This document shows, piece by piece, positions 1 through 10,726 of a DNA stretch of 64,000 nucleotides. Below the pieces are notes generated by a model. It ran no database searches. It was not told where the DNA came from and saw only the letters and a program-made list of their open reading frames with translations. Origin of the DNA: Candidatus Bathyarchaeota archaeon (GTDB taxonomy: Archaea > Thermoproteota > Bathyarchaeia > Bathyarchaeales > Bathycorpusculaceae). The number at the start of each line of letters is the position of its first letter. The first letter of the stretch is position 1. The translations under genes and the position numbers were made by a program. The DNA is taken from NCBI GenBank assembly GCA_963775685.1, contig CAVZJV010000014.1:288001-352000 (forward strand), given 5' to 3'.

Positions 1-292
1 GTCTGCTTGACTTTAGGCTAAATCGCCTTTTGACAATTGTTAACGCTACTTGCAATAAGGATGCAATTGCTCCTACCGAAAAGATAATCATTATAATTAA
101 AAGCACCGATTCCCAAGGATCCATGTTGAAAAAGTTGCTTCCGTTCGGAACGTAAAATCCAATAGTGGTAGTTATTGAAACGGAGGATAAAAGGGCGCCA
201 AGGGCTGGAAGATGCTCGTAAACCAAGAAAATTGCAGCGCCTCAAATGAACATGAATTCGAGGATAATTATTTGGCGATAAACAGCTTGCAT
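1..292 (-). pseudogene. Small membrane protein with a K+-channel-like pore motif and an in-frame TGA; runs off the window edge
   Basis: Manual translation MQAVYRQIIILEFMFI*GAAIFLVYEHLPALGALLSSVSITTTIGF...; TM-pore-TM pattern; TGA at 242-244. Confidence 0.4.
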
Positions 293-584
293 AAAAACAA
301 ATGGTCCGTAATGTGACTTCTAAAAAATGAAGCTTACTTTACAGCTTTCTCTATTGCCTCTCTTTTTACGGGTTTTCGAATAAAAATCTGGTATGTTTTT
401 AGTCACCGGATGTGCTATATGGAAAAGCTGCTATGGCTTCATATATTTTTCGGAAAAGACACCGATACAAGCCTGTTTACCGCCAAAGCCTCAAGCCATT
501 GTGCTTCCGCTTACTTGCTGTTGTTGTAAGGGGACAGTCACATAGGGTTATGTTATCAAACGGAAACCTATCTATAGAAAGCTT

Positions 585-1580
585 ATGTCTGACATTATAG
601 ACGTCAAAAACCTTGTTTTAGTCTACGGCGACGGCACTAAAGCAGTGGATAACATTTCATTCAGCGTAGGGGCTGGCGAATTCTTTGGTTTCCTAGGTCC
701 CAACGGAGCCGGGAAAAGTACTACTATTAAGGTTTTAACGACTCTTCTTAGAAAAACATCTGGCACTGTTACGATTGCAGGCTATGATGTTGAAAGGCAA
801 GCGGCTGATATTCGTAAAATCATAGGAGTTCAAAGCCAAGAAACAACCGTCGATGGTGACCTAACAGGTATAGAAAACATTACGTTGCAAGGGCATTTCC
901 ACCAGATGAACAGAGACGAAATCAAAAAACGAGTAAACGAACTTCTGGTTCTAGTTGGTCTTGAAGAAGCTGCGGAAAAACGCGCCAGAAATTACTCGGG
1001 TGGAATGAAAAAAAGGCTTGACCTCGCTACCGCCCTTATTCATAAACCCAAAATCCTGTTTCTAGATGAACCAACAACAGGTTTAGATCCCCAGTCAAGG
1101 GCAGCAATTTGGAGTTATTTGGAAAAACTCAACAAAAATGAGGGAATAACTATTTTCTTAACAACTCAGTATCTGGAAGAAGCCGACAGGCTATGTAAAA
1201 GGCTTTCGATAATTGATTCTGGAAAAATAGTTGCAAGCGGTTCTCCGGCTGAATTAAAGCGGGAAATCGGAGCTGACTCTATCAGAATATCTCTTGAGAA
1301 CTGCAAAAAAGACAGCTCAAACGCTAAGGAAATTATTAAGAGCATGACTGATGTTACTGAAATACTAGATTCAGAAGAATGCCTCACAGTTTATGCTAAG
1401 AATGCAGGTTTGCTCATTGCTGATATTGTAAGGGCTTTAGATAGCAGTGACATTCGACTTGCTTCGGTAACGTTTTCTTCGCCCTCTTTGGACGATGTTT
1501 TTATGAAACACACAGGCAGAAGAATACGAACTGAAGAACTTGTTAAAGCTCCCAGCAGAATGTTTGGAGGACGCCGCTAA
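585..1580 (+). CDS. ABC exporter ATP-binding subunit (DrrA-like)
   Basis: GPNGAGKST Walker A, YSGGM signature, LFLDEP Walker B. Confidence 0.93.
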   Translation: MSDIIDVKNLVLVYGDGTKAVDNISFSVGAGEFFGFLGPNGAGKSTTIKVLTTLLRKTSGTVTIAGYDVERQAADIRKIIGVQSQETTVDGDLTGIENITLQGHFHQMNRDEIKKRVNELLVLVGLEEAAEKRARNYSGGMKKRLDLATALIHKPKILFLDEPTTGLDPQSRAAIWSYLEKLNKNEGITIFLTTQYLEEADRLCKRLSIIDSGKIVASGSPAELKREIGADSIRISLENCKKDSSNAKEIIKSMTDVTEILDSEECLTVYAKNAGLLIADIVRALDSSDIRLASVTFSSPSLDDVFMKHTGRRIRTEELVKAPSRMFGGRR

Positions 1581-2353
1581 TGACTCTACTTTCTGATACA
1601 CGTTACATATTCATAAGGTATATGACAAAACTCGTCCGTACCCCCATCTTGCTTTTCTTTTCGCTTTTTCAGCCCCTCCTGTTCCTTCTACTATTCACAC
1701 AGCTGCTAGGTAGACTTGGAAATTTTCCAGGAATATTGCCCCCCGGAGTAGGTTATTTAGAGTTTGCGACTGCAGGGATTCTGATGCAAAATGCGTTTGG
1801 AAGCGCTCTGCAATCAGGAAACTCGATAGTGGCTGATATAGACTCAGGTTACCTGCAGAAAATGCTCGTAACACCTGTAAGTCGCCCCGCAATTTTGCTG
1901 GGCAGGTTAAGCAGTGACGCTTTCAGAGTAGTTATTCAGACAGCCATAATTCTTGCTTTAGCATATGCGTTGGGTGCCTATGTTACTACAGGAATCATTG
2001 GGATTTTACTTATCTTCTTCACTCTTGCTTTCTTCGGACTTGCTTGGTCAGGAATCTCTTTAGCAATAGGCATGAAGACCAGAAGTGCTGAGACGGTTTT
2101 CGCGATAGGTGGCGTCATCACTTTTCCGTTGCTGTTTTTAAGTCCGGCGTTGTTCCCGATTAGTTTTCTGCCAACATGGGTGCAAGACGTTTCAATGTTT
2201 AACCCTGTAAGTTATGCCGTGGACGCTAGTCGAGCGCTTATGATTAACGGGTATGACTGGGCTACGATTCTTCCAGCTTGGGGCGTAATCGGATTAGTTG
2301 CCCTTATAACGCTAAGCGCTACTTTGTATCAGTTCAGAAAAGTTGTCAGCTAA
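1580..2353 (+). CDS. ABC-2 type permease (DrrB-like)
   Basis: About 6 TM helices, NPVSYAVDASR motif, TAATG overlap with the ATPase gene. Confidence 0.9.
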   Translation: MTLLSDTRYIFIRYMTKLVRTPILLFFSLFQPLLFLLLFTQLLGRLGNFPGILPPGVGYLEFATAGILMQNAFGSALQSGNSIVADIDSGYLQKMLVTPVSRPAILLGRLSSDAFRVVIQTAIILALAYALGAYVTTGIIGILLIFFTLAFFGLAWSGISLAIGMKTRSAETVFAIGGVITFPLLFLSPALFPISFLPTWVQDVSMFNPVSYAVDASRALMINGYDWATILPAWGVIGLVALITLSATLYQFRKVVS

Positions 2354-2820
2354 AAAAGCTGACTTTACTCAACGGGTAAGTAGTACCCATTAGCTGTCAG
2401 TAGAATTAGTAGATAACCCCTTAATTTTTTTATTTCAATCGAATCGGGTTGCAGTGCCGATGACTTTCAGGGTTTTATAACCCCTATTGCATTGGCGACG
2501 GTTTCTTGTACTAAAATGTTGAGCGTCGCTGGTTTCAACTAATGTGTATTTTGGGGCTAAAATTTTCTCTTAATCATTTTGTGGTTTTTTCCAAAAAACT
2601 TGGCGTCGGGGGGTCTTAAATGTTTAAGTGATAAATGACATTTTCTCTCAGTAGCTTGATAACTATCGAAAATCTAAAGTGGAAAAAATGCACTAAAGAA
2701 ATATATATTTTAACGAGTCAATATGGCGAAAGATGCCACTTTGATGTGACAACTAATATACTTGAACGAATTAATTTCCCAACCATTCCAACTCACTCTC
2801 AAGGGAAAGGAGCAGGCGTC

Positions 2821-4503
2821 TTGCTTAGCAAACTCTGGAACACACTAAATCGCTTATCCTCGAAAAAATCCCTAAAGTACACCCTCTATCTCTCAGCTAT
2901 CATAGTTTTTTTTGCTATAATTTTAATTCCACCTATAATCGGCATACTAGTTAACGTAGGAACCGTGAGTGCCGTCATCAACCAGCCTTCTGAAGTTAAC
3001 GTAGCCCTGGGTGCAATCTCAAACTCAATAATCATCGGCTTAATTGTTGCAGCCCTAGATTTAGCCGCTGGTATTCCCCTCGCATGGCTAATCACCCGAG
3101 GCAAGTCAAGATGGCTAAGTGTGCTGGATACTCTTGCGGACCTGCCATTCATTGTGCCAACATCTGCCTTAGGCTACTCGCTTCTACTGTTTTGGAGCCA
3201 AAGCCCAGAAGGCATATCAGGAATTTTCGGAACAATTATTTCACCAGGCTACGTGCTGGTTATGCTTTTACATTTCACATTTTCATTTCCAGTTGTTGTG
3301 CGAATAGTGGTTGGAGCAATGTTTGACTATAAGATGGAGTATGAACGCGCTTCAAGAACGCTTGGGGCGCCTCCACTGACAGCCGCCCGAACTGTAACTT
3401 TCCCAATTATCAAGCCCTCGCTGCTTGCAGCGTATATTCTTGCTTTTGCAAGGTCGCTTTCAGAAACGGGCGCGACCTTTATCGTAGCTGGAACATTTCT
3501 TAACGGCCCAATTTTCCTGCAAACAGTAAGCAACCAATTCAAAGCGGGTCAAATCTCTCAAGCAACCTATCAAGGCGAAACAGTCTTTGCAAGCTTAATC
3601 CTGATAGGTGTTTCTTTGGTTATTTTCGCTGCAATAACTGTTTTAGGAAAAAGAGTAAAGTTGCCATTTGGACACGGCTTGCCAGTTTTCGAAAAGAAAC
3701 TTAGCTACAAAAAAGCTGCATGGACTAGAAACAGTGTTGCCTTGTTTGTTTTTATTGTGATAGTGCTTATTCCTTCTCTTTTCGTGGCGTTGCCAGCTTT
3801 CCAAGCTATCTCTGAGGGTACTCAGTTAATTCAGGCTTTCACTAGCTCAGGTGTTTGGGCAACTTATTGGCAGAGCCTATTCTTGTCCTATGGTTTAGCA
3901 GTCACTGTTACAATCTTAGGAATCATCATTGGAATACCTATGGCTATACTGATTGCGAGACAAACATTCGGAAAATGGCCCTCAACCATCCTTGACAGTT
4001 TACTTAACATTCCAATTATAGTTCCATCTATCGCTCTTGGTTTATCCTTGAAGTTTTTCTGGCAAGGAACCGGAGTTCCAGAATTTTTGCTGCTTGTTTT
4101 CGCCCACTTAGCGATTACTTTCCCATATTTTGTCCGCTCAATGTCGGCAGCGATGGATCGTATTAGCTTGGATATGGAGGAAGCGGCTAGAACCTTGGGT
4201 GCTAAACCCTTTACGGTGTTTAGGTCAATTGTGTTGCCGCTTACCAAGTACTCGATACTTTCAGGAGCAATCATCGTTTTCACACGAAGCATCAGTGAAA
4301 CAGGTGCAACCTTAGCAGTAGCTACGCATTTGCAGACGACGCCAGTGTTAATAGTTAACTGGGTTAATGCCCTTCGTGGTGTGACGCAGCCGATCGCAGG
4401 TGTAACCTCCTTAACTGTTGGTTTAGCCTGTGGTTTCCTGATTCTTTTTAGCTTGATAATCCTCTTTGTTTTGAGACTTTTAACTAAAAAGGGGAAGGCT
4501 TAG
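2821..4503 (+). CDS. ABC importer permease with duplicated domain (FbpB/ThiP-like)
   Basis: Two EAA loops (ERASRTLGA, EEAARTLGA); probable TTG start at 2821 although the ORF opens at 2635. Confidence 0.85.
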   Translation: MLSKLWNTLNRLSSKKSLKYTLYLSAIIVFFAIILIPPIIGILVNVGTVSAVINQPSEVNVALGAISNSIIIGLIVAALDLAAGIPLAWLITRGKSRWLSVLDTLADLPFIVPTSALGYSLLLFWSQSPEGISGIFGTIISPGYVLVMLLHFTFSFPVVVRIVVGAMFDYKMEYERASRTLGAPPLTAARTVTFPIIKPSLLAAYILAFARSLSETGATFIVAGTFLNGPIFLQTVSNQFKAGQISQATYQGETVFASLILIGVSLVIFAAITVLGKRVKLPFGHGLPVFEKKLSYKKAAWTRNSVALFVFIVIVLIPSLFVALPAFQAISEGTQLIQAFTSSGVWATYWQSLFLSYGLAVTVTILGIIIGIPMAILIARQTFGKWPSTILDSLLNIPIIVPSIALGLSLKFFWQGTGVPEFLLLVFAHLAITFPYFVRSMSAAMDRISLDMEEAARTLGAKPFTVFRSIVLPLTKYSILSGAIIVFTRSISETGATLAVATHLQTTPVLIVNWVNALRGVTQPIAGVTSLTVGLACGFLILFSLIILFVLRLLTKKGKA

Positions 4504-4554
4504 CATGGCAACTAATAAGAGTAATAAGGATCTTTCTCAGAGGAGAAGTAGACT

Positions 4555-5655
4555 ATGCCTGATATAAGAGTCGTAAACTTAACTAAAAAATATGGCGACC
4601 TCTATGCTTTAGACAATGTCAGTCTAACCATACGTGACCAAGAATACTTTTCCTTGCTGGGACCAAGCGGCTGCGGCAAAACGACCCTTCTAAGACTAAT
4701 TGCGGGGCTCATCGAACCGGACAGCGGTGAAATCTACATTGGAGATAAACGAGTCGACAAATGCCCCCCTGAAGACCGAGACATAGGTTTTGTCTTCCAA
4801 ACTTTTGCCCTTTTTCCACATATGACAGCTTGGAGTAACGTGCTCTACGGTCCCAAAGTAAAGAACTATGACGCAAAACAAGCTGAGACTATTGGACACG
4901 AAGTTTTGGAGCTAGTAAAACTCGATGAACGTCTAAACGCTTATCCTAGTGAGCTCAGCGGTGGTATGATGCAGAGAATCGCTGTTGCCCGAGCGTTGGC
5001 TGCAGGCGCCAAAACCTTGCTTTTGGATGAACCGTTAGGGCAGCTTGACGCTAAAGTGCGCAACGAAATTCGTTATGAAATTCGTCGCATGGCAAAAGAC
5101 CTCAAGCTCACAGCTATTCACGTTACCCACGACCAAGCTGAAGCTATGTCCATTTCAGATAGGATCGCGGTTATGAAGAAAGGTAAGATTGTGCAAGTAG
5201 GCACCTCGCAGGAGCTCTACATGCACCCAAACAGTTTGTTTGTAGCTCACTTTATTGGGGAATCTAACTTTTTGGAAGGCTACATAACTAAGGTAAATGG
5301 TGAGTCAGAAATTGAGTTGCGACAAGGATTGAAGATTAAAGCCTTAAACCCATTAAACATCACGCAAGAGGAGAGAGTAGTCTTAGCCATACGACCTGAA
5401 ACCTGCGAAATGAAAAGAGGACATATTGATGCTAAAAATAGTTTGTATGGGCAAGTTGAAAAAGCCACTTTTGAAGGTATCGTGGTTCGCTATGAGATTC
5501 GTCTTGAAAACGGCGACCGCTTCGTAATTAACAGACCTTCATTAACTGAGAAGTGGGGCAACATAGGTGAAGATGTCACAATAACTTACCCACTTGATAA
5601 AGCCCATCTGTTCCCATACCCAGAAGCTGGTTTGGCAGAGGAAACCAAGGTTTAA
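4555..5655 (+). CDS. ABC importer ATP-binding subunit (PotA/FbpC-like, TOBE domain)
   Basis: GPSGCGKTT, LSGGM, LLLDEP, HVTHDQAEA. Confidence 0.93.
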   Translation: MPDIRVVNLTKKYGDLYALDNVSLTIRDQEYFSLLGPSGCGKTTLLRLIAGLIEPDSGEIYIGDKRVDKCPPEDRDIGFVFQTFALFPHMTAWSNVLYGPKVKNYDAKQAETIGHEVLELVKLDERLNAYPSELSGGMMQRIAVARALAAGAKTLLLDEPLGQLDAKVRNEIRYEIRRMAKDLKLTAIHVTHDQAEAMSISDRIAVMKKGKIVQVGTSQELYMHPNSLFVAHFIGESNFLEGYITKVNGESEIELRQGLKIKALNPLNITQEERVVLAIRPETCEMKRGHIDAKNSLYGQVEKATFEGIVVRYEIRLENGDRFVINRPSLTEKWGNIGEDVTITYPLDKAHLFPYPEAGLAEETKV

Positions 5656-6031
5656 AGCAACCAAAAGACGATAGTGGATGCTGATAGTGCTTATCTTTGT
5701 TATCGGGGGTCTTTAAAATATACATGAAATTTTGCATTTTTTTGTGCTTAAAATTTAAATCTAAGTGTAGTATTTCTATGTGAACTAGCTCGGGGTAGTA
5801 TGGGAGAAAATAAGGCAATTGGACAGAGTATACTAGGACGCTTCGTTAAAAATGAAGCTTGTTTCGTTAAAGACGACCATCTTTTAATTAAAGAAAATCT
5901 TGCTTGTTTGTACAGCTTTAATGCAGAAAAATTTAAATATGTTCACGGCAAGGCTTTTGATTATAACAAGTGCAAATTTGGCACTATCTTCAAGCCGGCT
6001 TTAATGGTAGATATTAATGGAGAGAAAAAAT

Positions 6032-6385
6032 ATGCCCTTTGAAGGTCTTATTGCGGGTCTTATTGCGTTCGTATTAATTTTCGCTTCAACTATGGTAATC
6101 TACGCTTTAGGTAAACGGTCAGCCCCTAAAACTACTCTGAGCGAAAACGAGCAAGCCGCCTACGCTTGCGGTGAAAAAGTAATCTTTCACGGAGTAAAAA
6201 TTAATGTATCCCTCTATAAGTACCTGATTTACTTTGTAATCTTTGACTCATCTGTTTTAGTTCTCGCTTTTGCTTCATTCGCATTAGTAGGCGCAAACTC
6301 CACAAACCCACTTCTCCTAATCATCTACCTTGGCATAATTCTTGCCGCAGGCTTAGTCGTTGTTGAAGGAGGAAAAGAATATTGA
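6032..6385 (+). CDS. nuoA: NuoA-like membrane subunit of the hydrogenase complex
   Basis: 3 TM helices, YACGE loop, YFVIFD motif. Confidence 0.8.
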   Translation: MPFEGLIAGLIAFVLIFASTMVIYALGKRSAPKTTLSENEQAAYACGEKVIFHGVKINVSLYKYLIYFVIFDSSVLVLAFASFALVGANSTNPLLLIIYLGIILAAGLVVVEGGKEY

Positions 6386-6900
6386 CCGATACAAAAACAT
6401 GGGCCCGCGTAAAATCGCCGTGGGTTTTGCACTTTAACTCAGGTGCCTGCAATGGCTGCGACATCGAAATAGTTGCGCTATTAACTCCAAAATATGATGT
6501 TGAACGATTCGGTGTAAAACTTGAGCCTTCGCCGCGCCACGCAGACGTCCTTTTGGTAACAGGATGCGTTACGCAGCAATGTGCAGAACGTCTCAAAAGG
6601 GTCTATGACCAGATGCCACAACCCAAATTCGTCGTTGCCATAGGAGCATGTGCATGTAGCGGTGGAGTTTTTGCAGGAAACTATAATGTGCTAGGTGGCG
6701 TTGACAAAGTGATCCCAGTTACAGCTTACATACCTGGGTGCCCACCGCGTCCAGAAGCAATCTTAGATGGAGTAGTTAAACTCCTTAATGCCTTAAATCC
6801 ACCTAAGGCAAAAAAGCAGCCTAAACAGCCTAAGGCACCAAAGGAAGAGGTCGCTAAACTGGAAGCACCTATTCCTCAAAATGTAAAAACCAGTAGTTGA
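6382..6900 (+). CDS. nuoB: Group 4 [NiFe]-hydrogenase small subunit (NuoB-like)
   Basis: CNGCDIE, SPRHADVLLVTG, GACACSGG, PGCPP. Confidence 0.9.
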   Translation: MTDTKTWARVKSPWVLHFNSGACNGCDIEIVALLTPKYDVERFGVKLEPSPRHADVLLVTGCVTQQCAERLKRVYDQMPQPKFVVAIGACACSGGVFAGNYNVLGGVDKVIPVTAYIPGCPPRPEAILDGVVKLLNALNPPKAKKQPKQPKAPKEEVAKLEAPIPQNVKTSS

Positions 6901-6913
6901 GGAGGCAAATAAA

Positions 6914-8491
6914 TTGTCAAACAACAAAATAGATATGTTGAAAGTAGTTGAATCCAAACTCGGAAGTAAAGTCCAAATTCAGCCAGGACACTTGAGCACA
7001 GGAACCATACTTGCAAACAACGGGTTGCATCGAGATGTCCTAAAGGCCATGATTGATGCAGACGAAAAAGTCGGCATAACAGCTATAACTGGGCTTGACC
7101 TCGGAGAAAACTTAGGTGTATACTACCATGTTCATTCTTCAAATGCGTTTGTAACAATCAAAGCTGAGGTTCCAAAAGCAAACCCGAAAATCCAGACAAT
7201 TGTTGACCTTCACCCAGGCGCGGCTTTCCACGAACTGGAAGCCGCAGATCTGTTAGGCATAATCTTCGAGGGACACCCAATTTCAGGGCACTTTGTTCTC
7301 TCCGAAAACTGGCCGGACGGCGTCTATCCTCTTAGAAAAGATGTGAAAGCAAACGAAGTAAAAATGGTCCCTACACCGGCATCTGAAGAAATTAAGCTAC
7401 CCACGAATGAAAGGTTAGTAAAAATCATCATCGGTCCCCAGCACCCAGCACTACTAGAGCCTGAAAAATTCGCGGTAACGGTCGAAGGAGAAACAGTAAC
7501 AAATGTCGAACCTCGTATCGGCTATGTCCACCGGGGCATAGAGAAAGCAACAGAATCCCGTACTTACCTGCAAGACGTTTACTTGGTTGAACGAATCTGT
7601 GGCATCTGTAACAGCATTCACGCTGCCGGGTTTGTTGAGGCTGTTGAGAAAATTGCGAAAATTCAAATTCCTGAAAGAGCTCGTTACTTACGTGTCATCG
7701 CGTTGGAACTTAACAGGTTGCACAGTCACCTTTTGACTTTGGGCCACGCAGGACTAGAAATTGGCTATGAAACGATTTTCCAATACTTCTGGCGCGACCG
7801 CGAACCCATCATGGATTTAATAGAGTTAACCAGCGGTAACCGTGTTTACTCCTCACTTATGACAGTTGGTGGCGTGCGACGAGACATAAAAGCCACAGAC
7901 ATTCCGAAAATAAAATCTGTTCTCAAAACGCTACGCGGACAATTGCCCTTCTACCGACAAATCTACGAAAATGAACCCACCCTTAAGTTGCGTATGAAGA
8001 ACGTGGGTGTGCTGAGCCGAGAGGATGCACTAAAATTATCCGTGGTTGGTCCAGTAGCCAGAGCTTCGGGTGTGGATATCGATGTCCGGAAAGATGAGCC
8101 ATATGAAGCATATGGCGAGATTCCCTTCAAAGAAATTGTCTACACAAGCGGCGATACGTGGGGTAGAATGAATGTTCGTATGGATGAGGTTGAAGAAAGC
8201 ATCAACATCATCGAATACGCAGTCGACCACATGCCTTCGGGGCCCTTCCGAATTGATACCGCTCGAAGTGTACCGGTTGGTGAAGCGGTTAACCGTGTTG
8301 AAGCTCCAAGAGGGGAACTCTTCTACTATGTTAGAAGCAACGGTACAGACAAACCTGACCGCGTTAAAGTCCGAACCCCAACATTCGCTAACATACCTTC
8401 CTTCCTTAAAACAGCCATAGGCGAAAGCATAGCTGATGTCCCAGCCAACTTTGTTAGCTTAGACCCCTGCTTCTCATGCACAGACCGGTGA
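6914..8491 (+). CDS. Group 4 [NiFe]-hydrogenase large subunit, NuoC+NuoD fusion
   Basis: N-terminal NuoC-like domain (ELEAADLLG, YPLRKD); GPQHP; L1 motif RICGIC; L2 motif DPCFSCTDR at the C-terminus. Confidence 0.92.
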   Translation: MSNNKIDMLKVVESKLGSKVQIQPGHLSTGTILANNGLHRDVLKAMIDADEKVGITAITGLDLGENLGVYYHVHSSNAFVTIKAEVPKANPKIQTIVDLHPGAAFHELEAADLLGIIFEGHPISGHFVLSENWPDGVYPLRKDVKANEVKMVPTPASEEIKLPTNERLVKIIIGPQHPALLEPEKFAVTVEGETVTNVEPRIGYVHRGIEKATESRTYLQDVYLVERICGICNSIHAAGFVEAVEKIAKIQIPERARYLRVIALELNRLHSHLLTLGHAGLEIGYETIFQYFWRDREPIMDLIELTSGNRVYSSLMTVGGVRRDIKATDIPKIKSVLKTLRGQLPFYRQIYENEPTLKLRMKNVGVLSREDALKLSVVGPVARASGVDIDVRKDEPYEAYGEIPFKEIVYTSGDTWGRMNVRMDEVEESINIIEYAVDHMPSGPFRIDTARSVPVGEAVNRVEAPRGELFYYVRSNGTDKPDRVKVRTPTFANIPSFLKTAIGESIADVPANFVSLDPCFSCTDR

Positions 8492-8495
8492 CCCC

Positions 8496-9494
8496 ATGAT
8501 CGATTTTACCTTAATCTTTCGCATTCTTGTCTTCCCTGGTTTCACATTTGTGTTACTCTTAACTTTGTTCTGCGATTGGATGGAACGTAAAATCGAAGCA
8601 CGTATACAAAACCGCGTCGGACCAATGGTCGCGGGTCCTGCGGGCATTCTTCAGCCTCTAGCAGACTTCATTAAGTTGCTAACAAAAGAAGATATCGAAC
8701 CAAGAGATGCCAAGAAAATCGTTTTCCGATTTGCTCCCTTGGTGGCTTTCACAATCATGGTCTTTGCTTTTTGCTTCATACCTATTGACGGCGCGAGCGT
8801 TTTATCCGTCAATGGCTTTAGCGGTGACTTGATAGTGATTTTGGCGTTTGCAACAGTCGCGAACTTTTTGCTGTTCCTCTCTGGATGGGCGTCCTGCAAC
8901 CCATACGGTACCATCGGCTCAGCACGAGTTTTAACTCAATTCTTAGGCTATGACATTCCGCTTTTTCTAATTGCTTTAACACCCGCGTTCATCGCTGGTA
9001 GCCTACAAATTGCAACCATCGCTTCACTTCAGGCAACTAAGTTCCTTCCATTTATCCTCATGGCACCATGGGCTTTTGTTTTGTTCGTTATAACTATGCA
9101 GGCGGAACTTGAAAAAGACCCCTTCGACGTACCCCACTCGGAAAGCGAGCTTGTTGGCGGATTGGAAACTGAGTACACAGGCGCCAAGCTAGCTTTCCTG
9201 CATTTGACACGTGACGTGCAAGTGGTTTTTGGCTCAGCGTTAGTGGTTGAGTTGTTCCTTGGCGGGCCTTATGGACCTGTATTTTTTGGTCCTTCATGGA
9301 TCTGGTATAGCTTGTGGTTTGTGCTCAAAGTGCTCGGAGTGGTACTTATATCGGAGTACATCACAACCGTTGTTGCTCGTTTCCGCATTGACCAAGTCCT
9401 CTCCGGCAACTGGAGACTCCTCTTACCCGCAGCGTTGTTATCATTGATGCTTACTGTGGCATTAGTAACATGGGTTTATCCATTGATGGTGTGA
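8496..9494 (+). CDS. nuoH: NuoH-like membrane subunit
   Basis: ERKIEARIQNRVGP, LQPLADFIKLLTKE, PFDVPHSESELVGG. Confidence 0.92.
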   Translation: MIDFTLIFRILVFPGFTFVLLLTLFCDWMERKIEARIQNRVGPMVAGPAGILQPLADFIKLLTKEDIEPRDAKKIVFRFAPLVAFTIMVFAFCFIPIDGASVLSVNGFSGDLIVILAFATVANFLLFLSGWASCNPYGTIGSARVLTQFLGYDIPLFLIALTPAFIAGSLQIATIASLQATKFLPFILMAPWAFVLFVITMQAELEKDPFDVPHSESELVGGLETEYTGAKLAFLHLTRDVQVVFGSALVVELFLGGPYGPVFFGPSWIWYSLWFVLKVLGVVLISEYITTVVARFRIDQVLSGNWRLLLPAALLSLMLTVALVTWVYPLMV

Positions 9495-9498
9495 CAAG

Positions 9499-9942
9499 AT
9501 GCCGAAAAAATCACGTATATCTCCAATATTCAAACGAGCAGCATCCCATTTATTCACAAAGCCAGCAACCACACAATATCCCTTTGTGAAGCCTGAACTT
9601 CCTAGCGATGATCGAGGCAAAACGGTCTATACGATTGACTCTTGCAACGTCATCGATATTGGAACAGGTTCAGGCAGGTTGACTTTAGATGTAAGATCAA
9701 TTGTGGGCTCAAACTGTAGCGTATGCGTTAGAGATTGTCCAGCTGGCGCAATTGAGATAGTCGAAGTTGAAGGCAAAAAACGTCCACAAATTAGTTTCGA
9801 TAAATGCATTTTCTGTCATCAATGCGTTGAAAGCTGTCCCCGGGGTGCAATAAAAAGCTCCGTTTTCTATGAGCTAGCCACCACAGACAAATGTGCACTT
9901 ATCCAGAGACCAAAACCAAACGCTGAGGAGAATAAACCGTAA
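9499..9942 (+). CDS. nuoI: NuoI-like 2x[4Fe-4S] subunit
   Basis: ATTQYPF, CSVCVRDCP, CIFCHQCVESCP. Confidence 0.85.
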   Translation: MPKKSRISPIFKRAASHLFTKPATTQYPFVKPELPSDDRGKTVYTIDSCNVIDIGTGSGRLTLDVRSIVGSNCSVCVRDCPAGAIEIVEVEGKKRPQISFDKCIFCHQCVESCPRGAIKSSVFYELATTDKCALIQRPKPNAEENKP

Positions 9943-10406
9943 TGATTTTTGAAATCCTTGCTGTAGGCTTAATAATCTCCGCCATATTGGCGCTTTTCCT
10001 TGACGAAGTCATTTACTCAGTTGCTGCGTTGGCAGGGACCTTTTTTTTTGTTGCTTTAATATACGTTTTAAATGGTGCCCTCTTCGCGGCTATCTTCCAG
10101 TTTGCTGTCGGCGTTGGTACATTATCTATCCTGTTTCTTTCAGGAGAAATGTTAGGCGATAAACCCATTAAGAAAACCTCCCCCGTACGCCTTGGCGTCT
10201 TGATAGGTGCAGGCGCGGTTTTGTCGTTGCCTGCGATTTTCCTCTCTTTATCTGGGTCAACCAGCACAAATTCTGGTCTAGAAATTGGTGATGCTTTGTG
10301 GAATGTACGGGGTTTAGATGTTGTCCTGCAGGCAATTGTTATTTTGACGGTGGCACTCGGAATCGCTATTGTCTTGTATGAGAAGAAGAAAAAGGGTGGG
10401 AAATAA
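9942..10406 (+). CDS. nuoJ: NuoJ-like membrane subunit
   Basis: Hydrophobic 5-TM pattern, operon position. Confidence 0.75.
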   Translation: MIFEILAVGLIISAILALFLDEVIYSVAALAGTFFFVALIYVLNGALFAAIFQFAVGVGTLSILFLSGEMLGDKPIKKTSPVRLGVLIGAGAVLSLPAIFLSLSGSTSTNSGLEIGDALWNVRGLDVVLQAIVILTVALGIAIVLYEKKKKGGK

Positions 10407-10726
10407 TGGACTTCGTTATTCTGTCACTCGTAATGTTGGCAATCGGAATCTACGGCTTGCTCACCAACCGTCAACTCCTAAAAGTTTTCATATCTGTAGA
10501 GTTAATCGCAACAGCTGCCACGTTGAATTTTGTGATGCTAGCTTCTTCCATGGGTGTAGGTCTGGGCCAAGCATTCCTAATCTTAGCATTTTCAACTGAC
10601 ACCGCGGTTAGCGGCGTAATATTAGCGTTGCTCGTCATCGTAACCAAAAAGTATGGAACAAGCGACATGAGCAAAATAATTCAGATTTTACAAGAGAAAG
10701 GCGAAAGCGAGGATGAAGCGCAATGA
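10406..10726 (+). CDS. nuoK: NuoK-like membrane subunit
   Basis: IGIYGLL...ISVEL, 3 TM helices. Confidence 0.85.
   Translation: MDFVILSLVMLAIGIYGLLTNRQLLKVFISVELIATAATLNFVMLASSMGVGLGQAFLILAFSTDTAVSGVILALLVIVTKKYGTSDMSKIIQILQEKGESEDEAQ

Noticed and set aside
242-244. In-frame TGA as selenocysteine
   Set aside because: It falls in a TM helix with no Cys-type context or SECIS evidence; a TGG-to-TGA change or a base error is more likely.
2360-2640. Riboswitch upstream of the ABC importer
   Set aside because: Only weak hairpins are present, with no TPP, Moco or cobalamin core motifs.
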